Virus record (IMG/VR): IMGVR_UViG_3300003322_000571
Location: 286,090-350,089 of that record
Reading direction: 5' to 3' (one strand)
Length of the DNA stretch: 64,000 nt
Shown: piece by piece, positions 55,767 to 62,913 of the stretch
Layout of the letters: each line of letters starts with the position of its first letter
Numbering within the stretch: position 1 is the stretch's first letter
Program-made: the position numbers and the translations under genes
Notes under the pieces: model-generated
Told to the model about the DNA's origin: nothing
Databases searched by the model: none
The model's input: the letters and a program-made list of their open reading frames with translations, nothing else

Positions 55767-55841
55767 GGTCAAGTTGAAAAACAAAACCTTAATTGTTCTT
55801 TTTACAATTTGGATAAAACCGATGAATCTAGTGTTCATCGG

Positions 55842-55917
55842 GGTGACGTTAGTGTAGTGGTTCGCATTACTGTCTGTGAAACAGTAGGAACGGGTTCAAT
55901 CCCCGTACGTCACCCCA
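55842..55917 (+). tRNA. tRNA-His(GTG) with encoded G-1, C73, CCA
   Basis: cloverleaf; loop CTGTGAA. Confidence 0.92.
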
Positions 55918-55934
55918 ATGAACATTAGAATTAT

Positions 55935-56026
55935 GGAGGCATGGATGAGTGGTTTATATCGCTTCCCTGCTAAGGAAGAGCTCGGCGAAAGTCGGGCCGT
56001 GGGTTCGAATCCCACTGCCTCCTCCA
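55935..56026 (+). tRNA. tRNA-Ser(GCT)
   Basis: long variable arm, CCA. Confidence 0.92.
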
Positions 56027-56039
56027 ATGTGTGTAGTGT

Positions 56040-56111
56040 CAGGGTAGAAGGCGTTTGGTAGCCACTTAGCTTTGGAAGCTTTGAGTCTCAGTTCGATTCT
56101 GAGTATCCTGA
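56040..56111 (+). tRNA. tRNA-Pro(TGG)
   Basis: C1-G72, A73; weak anticodon stem; no CCA. Confidence 0.7.
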
Positions 56112-56129
56112 CAGTGCACATATTACAAT

Positions 56130-56203
56130 AGGGGAATGGTGTAGCGGTAACACAACTGGCTTTGACCCAGTCATCCCAGGTTCGAATCCTGGTTCCCTTG
56201 CCA
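56130..56203 (+). tRNA. tRNA-Gln(TTG)
   Basis: cloverleaf, CCA. Confidence 0.9.
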
Positions 56204-56213
56204 ACTGATTTCT

Positions 56214-56285
56214 AGGGAAGTAGTGTAGCGGCTATCACCTCTGGTTCTGACCCAGACAACACAGGTTCGAGTCCTGTCTTCCCTG
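56214..56285 (+). tRNA. tRNA-Gln(CTG)
   Basis: cloverleaf, no CCA. Confidence 0.88.
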
Positions 56286-56365
56286 CAGAGAAACATGCTT
56301 GCATGTAACGACCGAGTCAACGACATGAACTGTGCAGACGTAGTAGTGTTCTTGATTCATTCCTT

Positions 56366-56436
56366 ACTCACCGCCGTCGGAACGGTTCTGTGTCTACGAA
56401 ACACGGATTTGGAGGTTCGAATCCTCTCGGTGGGTC
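56366..56436 (+). tRNA. tRNA-Arg(ACG), atypical D arm
   Basis: loop CTACGAA, T arm; D arm GCCGT-CGGA-ACGGT. Confidence 0.6.
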
Positions 56437-56440
56437 AAAT

Positions 56441-56514
56441 GTCTCCATAGCTCAGCGGATTAGAGTAACACGCTACGAACGTGTTGGTCGGGGGTTCGAA
56501 TCCCTCTGGAGGCT
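56441..56514 (+). tRNA. tRNA-Arg(ACG)
   Basis: canonical cloverleaf. Confidence 0.92.
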
Positions 56515-56573
56515 CAAAAGAGTTGATATGTAAAAGGTTACAAAGTAAAGTTTACATATCAGTTTCCAAATCT

Positions 56574-56646
56574 GGTGCACTCGGCTCTCTGGGAGACCAC
56601 TTCACTGTCTATGAAGGCTAGACGGGTTCGATTCCCGTGTGCATCG
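56574..56646 (+). tRNA. tRNA-Asp(GTC)
   Basis: loop CTGTCTA, T arm. Confidence 0.75.
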
Positions 56647-56652
56647 CAAATG

Positions 56653-56829
56653 TGTGTTTAAGACTGTCGCACGCCAAAAGGCACAGTGGGTTAAGTCTTA
56701 CTTCATGTCTTTACTTGTTGGCGCAAGTATAACATGTTGTCCATTAGTACAGTGGTAGTACGTCGCCTATAACGGCGAAGACGCGGGTTCGATTCCCGTA
56801 TGGAATTTTTGACGACAGCCTTAAACACA
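56653..56829 (+). ncRNA. end-clamped RNA containing a tRNA-like domain (56740-56804)
   Basis: 17-bp terminal helix (1 mismatch); D, anticodon-like (6-nt loop) and T arms inside. Confidence 0.6.
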
Positions 56830-56830
56830 T

Positions 56831-56875
56831 GGTTCGTTAGCATAGTCTGGCTTAATGCGCTTGCCTGTCACGCAG
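56831..56875 (+). pseudogene. 5' fragment of tRNA-Asp(GTC) truncated by HNH cassette
   Basis: acceptor 5' strand, D arm, CTGTCAC loop; no T arm or 3' strand. Confidence 0.7.
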
Positions 56876-56913
56876 TTCGAAGGTGACAGTCATAAATATC
56901 GTCAGAGGTGTTT

Positions 56914-57330
56914 ATGGAAACAAAAGTGTGTTCGGCTTGTAAGGTTAACAAATCGTTGAGTGAGTACAACAAGTACAAGCGATCAAAGGATGGGTTAGAT
57001 TATCGTTGCAAATTGTGTCAGCGCAATTCAAACAAGAGTTGGGTTGAAAACAATTGGGAGCGTAAGCTAGCACAGCAAACTGATCGACGTTCTCAACTAC
57101 TGACACAGTTGAGAGAGTTCAAAAGAACTGCTGGTTGTAGATGCTGTCCTGAAACCGAGCCGGTGTGCTTGGAACTGCATCACCTTGATCCGAATGAGAA
57201 GGAAATTGATCCTTCAAGTATGGTAAGTCAAGGTTGGAGCTGGGAACGCATGAAGAGTGAAATTGATAAGTGTGTAGTCTTGTGTAGTAACTGTCACAAG
57301 AAAGTACATGCGGGATTGTTGGAAATTTAA
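56914..57330 (+). mobile_element. free-standing HNH homing endonuclease in tRNA array
   Basis: CSAC..CKLC, CRCC..LELHHLDP..KCVVLCSNCHKKVH; CATAAATA at 56891, AGAGG RBS. Confidence 0.85.
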
Positions 57331-57332
57331 TT

Positions 57333-57407
57333 GGTCTCAAGGTGTTCATGGACGCATACGGCACTGTCACTGCTGAGGAGGGGGATCGTTACCCCCTGGG
57401 ACCGCCA
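57333..57407 (+). tRNA. tRNA-Asp(GTC)
   Basis: cloverleaf, variant T loop ATCGTTA, CCA. Confidence 0.85.
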
Positions 57408-57410
57408 AAT

Positions 57411-57583
57411 GTCTTCTTAGTGTAAAGGCTCAATGCTAGCTGTTGAGGTTACGGAAATGAAAGACTACAATTAATCGGTTGTGAATCGGCCGATAACTCA
57501 TCCGCGAGATTGTAGGAGATAATCAACGTGATGCACCTCATTCCCTAAGAATGAATGAGATGGTTCGATTCCATCAGAAGACA
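57411..57583 (+). ncRNA. tRNA-shaped RNA with ~109-nt structured D-loop insertion
   Basis: acceptor GTCTTCT/AGAAGAC, D stem GTGT/GCAC, anticodon arm TCATT-CCCTAAG-AATGA, T arm. Confidence 0.7.
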
Positions 57584-57588
57584 CAAAT

Positions 57589-57670
57589 GTAGTTGCTGTC
57601 CTCGGAGAGACTTGCTCGCGAATACGCTTGCTGAAAAGTACCTGAGTAGGTTCGAATCCTACCAACTACA
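57589..57670 (+). pseudogene. degenerate tRNA-like element
   Basis: acceptor GTAGTTG/CAACTAC and T arm intact; anticodon arm unpaired. Confidence 0.55.
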
Positions 57671-57671
57671 C

Positions 57672-57829
57672 TAATACGTCAATGCGGTATGAACGCAAGC
57701 CGGATGGGAGGTCTACATTCGGTGTCAGACGCTGTCGAGAGAAAGTAGACGTTGACCTCGAAGCGCCCTCGGGGGCTGAGTCAGAGAGTTGGTGCAACAG
57801 GCTGCAATCTGCCAATCCAACACGTATTA
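57672..57829 (+). ncRNA. unassigned structured RNA
   Basis: TAATACGT/ACGTATTA closing helix with internal helices. Confidence 0.5.
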
Positions 57830-57834
57830 AATTT

Positions 57835-57916
57835 GGATCATTATACTCCTATGGACGGAGACCAGATTGTAATCCTGGTGCCTTTGGCTGGGTAGGTTCG
57901 ATTCCTACATGATCCA
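57835..57916 (+). tRNA. tRNA-Tyr(GTA)
   Basis: loop TTGTAAT, variable arm. Confidence 0.75.
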
Positions 57917-57926
57917 CTAAGATGTT

Positions 57927-58117
57927 ATATGTCGGCTCTTGAGACATCGCAACTCGTGAGAGATGCTATTAGCGTCGACATTAATTCCGGGACAACACGA
58001 TGGCGCGCTCAGTCATAACGTAAAACCGGAGCCTATCTGAGCAATAGGTAAAGTCTTCGATTGTACGGCAGGCTTCTATAATAGTGGCCAGGAACTCGAA
58101 GCCAAGAGCCGACATAT
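57927..58117 (+). ncRNA. unassigned ~190-nt RNA closed by a perfect 15-bp helix
   Basis: ATATGTCGGCTCTTG/CAAGAGCCGACATAT. Confidence 0.65.
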
Positions 58118-58124
58118 GACATCG

Positions 58125-58196
58125 GGGGAGGTCGTTTAGCGTTCAAGACACTGGCCACTAAAGCCAGCGACGATGGTTCGAATCCATCCCTCCCCA
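58125..58196 (+). tRNA. tRNA with CTA anticodon and non-canonical A33
   Basis: CTGGC-CACTAAA-GCCAG; full cloverleaf; no CCA. Confidence 0.65.
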
Positions 58197-58202
58197 CAAA
58201 TT

Positions 58203-58285
58203 GGATCGCGAGTGGCATTGGTGACTACAGCTGACTGTAAATCAGCCGCCTTCGGGCATACTAGGTTCGATTCCTAGGCGATCCA
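58203..58285 (+). tRNA. tRNA-Tyr(GTA)
   Basis: loop CTGTAAA, variable arm GCC-TTCG-GGC. Confidence 0.9.
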
Positions 58286-58419
58286 CAAAGTGATGGTCGG
58301 CGAGGTACGCTGTTCAGTCGATCATCGAAATTCCCTACAGGCGTACTGCAAAGGGATGCTTACCAAACTTGAGGCGGCGGAAGCACGACCTCGGAAACTA
58401 GAAGTAGTTTCCAACCTTT

Positions 58420-58503
58420 GTCCCGTGATGACTGCTGGTAACGGTCAGTAGCCTTTCAAGCTACCGCCTTTGTGCTGGGGTTCGATTCCCCCACGGGATA
58501 CCA
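58420..58503 (+). tRNA. tRNA-Glu(TTC) with enlarged variable region
   Basis: GTAGC-CTTTCAA-GCTAC, CCA. Confidence 0.75.
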
Positions 58504-58505
58504 AT

Positions 58506-58581
58506 GATGAGGTAGCTCAGAGAAAGAGTGCTGTCCCCGCAAGGGCAGAGGCCGGAGGTTAAAGTCCTTCTCTCATCTCCA
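58506..58581 (+). tRNA. tRNA-like, anticodon loop of 6 or 8 nt (identity unclear)
   Basis: acceptor, D arm, T loop TTAAAGT, CCA. Confidence 0.55.
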
Positions 58582-58582
58582 T

Positions 58583-58656
58583 GACGTGTTGGCCGATCGG
58601 TTAGGTGTGAAGCTGCAACCTTCACCAGGCAGGTTCGATTCCTGCACACGTCTCCA
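58583..58656 (+). tRNA. tRNA-Cys(GCA)
   Basis: U73, CCA, loop CTGCAAC. Confidence 0.92.
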
Positions 58657-58812
58657 AACTTGATTACGGAAAGTTTATCGTGAAGATGAAATGGAAAGTG
58701 CTGAAACGCATTAACAGCGGTAAATTGTTCGAGTATACGAGTTGGTGTTACGGTTCTGAATCAATCTGCTTCTGGAAGTGGGAGCTTGTGATTCATAACA
58801 GAAGGAAATAAC

Positions 58813-59037
58813 ATGAAGTTGGTTCTTGATCTAGATGATGATCAAATCAAAGCATTGATGGCATTGTCGGACACAACGGATCCAGCGGTTTTGACAAATG
58901 AAAGTTTGTCAATTTTGAAATGGATGATCAAGGAAACTATCAAAGGTCGCGCGATCGTATCGTGTGATTATGATGGTGGCGACTTGAAGCAGTTGAAAAC
59001 ACCTGTGCTGAATCGCACAAAGGCAAAGTTCAATTGA
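58813..59037 (+). CDS. hypothetical protein (RHH-like possible)
   Basis: AAGGA RBS, 74 aa. Confidence 0.6.
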   Translation: MKLVLDLDDDQIKALMALSDTTDPAVLTNESLSILKWMIKETIKGRAIVSCDYDGGDLKQLKTPVLNRTKAKFN

Positions 59038-59042
59038 ACAAT

Positions 59043-59114
59043 GCCCCCGTAGTTTAGTGGCTAGAACGACGCCCTTTCAAGGCGTAGAAGACGGATCGTA
59101 ACCGTTCGGGGGTA
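59043..59114 (+). tRNA. tRNA-Glu(TTC)
   Basis: cloverleaf, T loop ATCGTAA. Confidence 0.85.
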
Positions 59115-59120
59115 CATATT

Positions 59121-59192
59121 GGTAACGAGGCTGAATGGTTAAGCAGGAGTCTCATAAGCTCTGTGTCGTGGGTTCGATTCCCACTGTTACCA
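59121..59192 (+). tRNA. tRNA-Met/Ile2(CAT)
   Basis: loop CTCATAA. Confidence 0.85.
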
Positions 59193-59197
59193 CTAAT

Positions 59198-59270
59198 AGG
59201 TTGTTCGCGGGCCGCGGACTTGTAGTCTCCAAAACTCATAGGGACAGTTCGACTCTGTCACAGCCTGCCA
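59198..59270 (+). tRNA. tRNA-Trp(CCA)
   Basis: loop CTCCAAA, G73, CCA; short D arm. Confidence 0.75.
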
Positions 59271-59272
59271 TT

Positions 59273-59345
59273 CCCCTCCTAGCTAATCTGGTGAGAGCGA
59301 CCGTTTGAAACGCAGTAGAGACTGGTTCGATTCCAGTGGTGGGGA
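59273..59345 (+). tRNA. tRNA-Phe(GAA)
   Basis: loop TTGAAAC; mismatches in stems. Confidence 0.7.
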
Positions 59346-59348
59346 CAT

Positions 59349-59819
59349 ATGAATCCAAGATACAGTAAGCAACGTCGCGCAACCACGTGTGGACCAACTG
59401 CTGTGATCAATGCGATGAAGTGGAAGGATCCACGGATTTCGTACACAAAAATAATTGACAAGGTTGCGAAACAGTGTAAACAGCAGAAAGATGGAAGCAG
59501 TTACACTAATATTGCTTCAGCGTGCCGTGCTAACGGGTTCAAAGCGTTTATTCGCAGGTATCCATCGATTGATTTTATTCGCCAGCAATTGTTGAAAGGA
59601 AAGTCAATCATTTTGTTGTACAGACATCCAAAAGACTTTTGGCCTGAATATAACCATTTTGTATTCATTCCTGAGTACAATAAAGAGTTTACAGTAGTCA
59701 ACGGTCATGTGTATGACAACCTTGAAGAAGAACGAGAGACGGTTGTGATGTATGACGATCATACGTTCAACAATAGAATATCAAAGAGACAACGTCACGC
59801 TGTGATTGTGTTGTCGTAA
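59349..59819 (+). CDS. C39-like cysteine peptidase
   Basis: Q..TTCGPTAVINA, NHFV, N. Confidence 0.7.
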   Translation: MNPRYSKQRRATTCGPTAVINAMKWKDPRISYTKIIDKVAKQCKQQKDGSSYTNIASACRANGFKAFIRRYPSIDFIRQQLLKGKSIILLYRHPKDFWPEYNHFVFIPEYNKEFTVVNGHVYDNLEEERETVVMYDDHTFNNRISKRQRHAVIVLS

Positions 59820-59821
59820 CT

Positions 59822-59894
59822 GCCGCTTAAGCTAATCTGGTGAAAGCGCTAGTTTGAAACACTAGAGAGACAGGCTCGAAACCTGTAGGCGGCA
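59822..59894 (+). tRNA. tRNA-Phe(GAA)
   Basis: CTAGT-TTGAAAC-ACTAG. Confidence 0.85.
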
Positions 59895-59907
59895 CAAAGG
59901 AATAAGT

Positions 59908-60090
59908 ATGAACACATTACTTGCTTGGAGTCATTTTGCAATTGGCGACTTTTTCTGTCGTTTATTGTCCCTAAATGACGATAACGAAAAATGGGTGAAT
60001 ATGTTCTTCGGCTTGTATCAATATCATATGAGTCGGAGTGTTGAAATCCAAGATCAGTTTGGCTTAGCTGGACCTTGGGATCCTAAATAA
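59908..60090 (+). CDS. hypothetical protein
   Basis: AAGGA RBS, 60 aa. Confidence 0.5.
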   Translation: MNTLLAWSHFAIGDFFCRLLSLNDDNEKWVNMFFGLYQYHMSRSVEIQDQFGLAGPWDPK

Positions 60091-60108
60091 GGCAACGGAG
60101 GTTGTCTT

Positions 60109-60267
60109 ATGAAGATCAAAGAGCTAATTCGTGAGTTTGTCGAACAACGCAACGGTAAGTGGGTAGTGCTTGATCACACCAAGAAAAAGGTGTTGGGAAC
60201 GCATGATACCAAAGACGAAGCGGACAGGCAGCTTGCAGCTATTGAGATCAATAAGCACAAACACTAA
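60109..60267 (+). CDS. small hypothetical protein (MKIKELIREF...)
   Basis: GGAGG RBS, TAAATA at 60084; 52 aa. Confidence 0.6.
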   Translation: MKIKELIREFVEQRNGKWVVLDHTKKKVLGTHDTKDEADRQLAAIEINKHKH

Positions 60268-60347
60268 CCCTTCGTGGCAAATGTAAATTGGTACAGCTAC
60301 TACGTTCAGACCGTAGGCTTTTGTCGGTTCGAATCCGACCGAAGGGA
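60268..60347 (+). tRNA. tRNA-Leu(CAG)
   Basis: CTACG-TTCAGAC-CGTAG. Confidence 0.88.
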
Positions 60348-60352
60348 CAAAG

Positions 60353-60604
60353 ATGAGTAAGGCTTCAGAAATTGAGCGAACACTTCACTGTTTGATCGAC
60401 ACACTCGAAAAGCTAGATCCAAAAGGTGATCCACTCGCTTGTAATTATGCAAAGATGCTGATCGATAAGTCGCACGACTATATGCTCGATGTGATTGCAG
60501 ATTTGGATGATGAGACTGAAGAAGGTAAGCAAGTTGCTGTGGTGATTGATCGTTACCGTAAAACGATCATGTTGCTTGACTCTTACGACAAATGTGAAGT
60601 ATGA
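60353..60604 (+). CDS. hypothetical protein
   Basis: 83 aa. Confidence 0.55.
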   Translation: MSKASEIERTLHCLIDTLEKLDPKGDPLACNYAKMLIDKSHDYMLDVIADLDDETEEGKQVAVVIDRYRKTIMLLDSYDKCEV

Positions 60605-60849
60605 TTTACGTAGATAAGCCAACGTGGAAGAAACCAAACGGACGAAAGTATTTCGCTCATATGGTTGCTGACACTGTTGAAGAGTTACATCAGTTCGCTG
60701 AACTGATTGGTGTGAAGAAACATTTCTTCCATCGCGGTGATAAACCTCACTACGACATCAGTGTGGATCAGCATGCTGCGGCGATAGCAAACGGTGCTGT
60801 CGAAGTTAGTACCAAACAGATCGTTGCGGTAATAACGCAACGGAAGTAA
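60601..60849 (+). CDS. DUF4031-like protein
   Basis: IYVD, HMVADT.EELHQFA..IG, PHYDI. Confidence 0.75.
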   Translation: MIYVDKPTWKKPNGRKYFAHMVADTVEELHQFAELIGVKKHFFHRGDKPHYDISVDQHAAAIANGAVEVSTKQIVAVITQRK

Positions 60850-60932
60850 AGTCTAAAAAAGAAAACGTCATCCAGAACGATATCTGGCTGCTCGAACGGC
60901 AACGGTGAGAGCGTAAGGTGACAGTTGTACAA

Positions 60933-61006
60933 GCGGCCATGGTGTTGAAGGGTTAGCACGAGACCTTGCCAAGGTTTAGGTCCGAGTTCGAATCTCGGTG
61001 GCCGCT
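60933..61006 (+). tRNA. tRNA-Gly(GCC)
   Basis: AGACC-TTGCCAA-GGTTT, U73. Confidence 0.88.
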
Positions 61007-61310
61007 CAGACAGGTTCTCACCCGTTGCTGGGGAGGGTCGGTACGATGGATTGTTCTGCGATACGTACCAACAGACTTCGCGCATTCAAGAGTAAGCGAA
61101 CATGAGGAATGCTGGAACCTGACCAAGATCCCCCACACTTGGAAATGTGTTGACGCGTTCAGTCTATAAAACACTGAACTGGTTGAGACGGATAACCACT
61201 AACTGAAACCGTCTTCGTTTGAGTTTTAGTTCCATATTGGCGGTACGGAAGTCGCTGGTTATGCTGGTAGGTAAAGCTACAAGTTTGTGTAGGATGCACA
61301 GGCGGTCAAT

Positions 61311-61398
61311 GCGGAAGTGATGGAATTGGTAGTCTTGCCATGTTGAGCGCGTGGTGTCCGCTAAGGGCGTGTGGGTTCGAATCCCATCTTCCGCACCA
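61311..61398 (+). tRNA. tRNA-Leu(GAG)
   Basis: long variable arm, CCA. Confidence 0.85.
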
Positions 61399-61412
61399 AT
61401 TAGGAGATGCAA

Positions 61413-61577
61413 ATGGGCAGCAAGTACACTGTCAAGTCTTGGGGCCAACATAATGGACCTGAAGATGTATATTCTTGGAATCAAGAATGGGCGGGTAGGT
61501 CCTTGTGGCAAGCTCTGATCCAAACTTGGCGTGCAAAACGTCGCGGCTTTGGGTGTGTGGTTCTAGAGATTCGCTGA
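61413..61577 (+). CDS. small hypothetical protein
   Basis: AGGAG RBS, 54 aa. Confidence 0.5.
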   Translation: MGSKYTVKSWGQHNGPEDVYSWNQEWAGRSLWQALIQTWRAKRRGFGCVVLEIR

Positions 61578-61580
61578 GAT

Positions 61581-61757
61581 ATGAGAAGTACACCAGTACC
61601 AGCAGGTAACATTAAGCTCCGTGGTAAGAAAACACGGCCGCTGTCATGTATGTGTTGTGTTGCAGTGAACTTCAAAGACATGATTCGTGAGAAAGAAGCG
61701 GACCGTGAGATCAAAAACTTCAAGGAAGGGAAAGACGATGGGACCGACCGGATTTGA
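61581..61757 (+). CDS. small basic hypothetical protein (CMCC)
   Basis: 58 aa coupled ORF. Confidence 0.45.
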   Translation: MRSTPVPAGNIKLRGKKTRPLSCMCCVAVNFKDMIREKEADREIKNFKEGKDDGTDRI

Positions 61758-61949
61758 AGCTGAATACCTCGGTGAAGTTCAGTGGGATACTACAGCAAAA
61801 GTGTTCTTCTCGGTAGTTACCGTAATTACATTAACGTTGCTGGTAATTCTTCTTTTGACGTAAGATGCGACCGACAAACTTCACGATTTATACGTTGTTG
61901 ACAGTCTCAGTACTCCTCACACTGATAACAATTGTAGTTTAAACACCTT

Positions 61950-62033
61950 GCCCAGGTGGCGGAATTGGTAGACGCGTAACATTGAGGGTGTTATGTCCGA
62001 AAGGACGTGCAGGTTCGAGTCCTGTCTTGGGCA
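61950..62033 (+). tRNA. tRNA-Leu(GAG)
   Basis: canonical type II cloverleaf. Confidence 0.9.
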
Positions 62034-62120
62034 CAAACGCAAGTGCATGCTGGCTAAAACAGTAGCACAGAAACTGAGTGATGACGACATCAGTTGCAAG
62101 AGATGTGAGCTCTCTACAAT

Positions 62121-62201
62121 GCCCGAGTGGTGTAATGGTAGCCACAGGAGACTCAAAATCTCCCGCCTCACAGCGTGTCGGTTCGAATCCGACCTCGGGT
62201 A
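62121..62201 (+). tRNA. tRNA-Leu(CAA)
   Basis: GGAGA-CTCAAAA-TCTCC. Confidence 0.9.
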
Positions 62202-62355
62202 CAAAGTAACGGTTCAGTGTTAGCGCATTGGACATACCAGTCTGGCCAGACGGATGATATGTACGGCCGTACGTTGAGTCTTATTTGTGAATTGGTTCTT
62301 GCGTTCGAATCGCAGGTCACAATAGGTAACGTTACTAACATATTAGGAAAAGTAG

Positions 62356-62907
62356 ATGCGAGTTAAAATTGGTCCATATCTGACGTGGTGGGGTCCTTAC
62401 CAAATTGCAGATCTGCTCCAATACGTAGGCGTATCAGAAGATCGATGCCAGAAAATTGGTCGTTGGTTGTCTAATACTCGATTGAATGATCTGTGTCAAT
62501 GGATTTACGACAAGCGACAACGAACAATCAAGGTCAAGATTGATTATCACGATGTGTTTTCTGCTGATTACACACTTGCGTTGATCATTCTCCCAGTGTT
62601 GAAGCAGTACCGTGAAAAGTTAAACGGGTCACCGTGGACAGATGATCAAGATGTACCTGATCATCTGCGTTCAACAAACGCACCACCGTTCAACCCAGAA
62701 AATGGTGAAACAGACGAACTATTTCACCAGCGATGGGAATGGATGGTTGACGAAATGATCTGGGCGTTCGAACAGATCATTGACGATGATAATGATGCTC
62801 AATTTCATGTCAATGGTTACGATCACGAATCACACATGAAACATGAACAACGTATCAAGAATGGTACGACACTGTTCGGCAAATACTATCGTGGTATTTG
62901 GCTGTAA
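62356..62907 (+). CDS. conserved phage hypothetical protein
   Basis: 183 aa; W.W.VDEMIWAFE motif. Confidence 0.75.
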   Translation: MRVKIGPYLTWWGPYQIADLLQYVGVSEDRCQKIGRWLSNTRLNDLCQWIYDKRQRTIKVKIDYHDVFSADYTLALIILPVLKQYREKLNGSPWTDDQDVPDHLRSTNAPPFNPENGETDELFHQRWEWMVDEMIWAFEQIIDDDNDAQFHVNGYDHESHMKHEQRIKNGTTLFGKYYRGIWL

Positions 62908-62913
62908 CAAAAT

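Noticed and set aside
59273-59345. Ser(TGA) assignment for this tRNA
   Set aside because: Alignment with paralog 59822 gives loop TTGAAAC (GAA, Phe), and there is no long variable arm.
60865-60910. SAM-I riboswitch (ATCCAGA...GGCAAC)
   Set aside because: It lacks the GAGGGA/GCCC kink-turn pseudoknot core and a downstream regulated gene.
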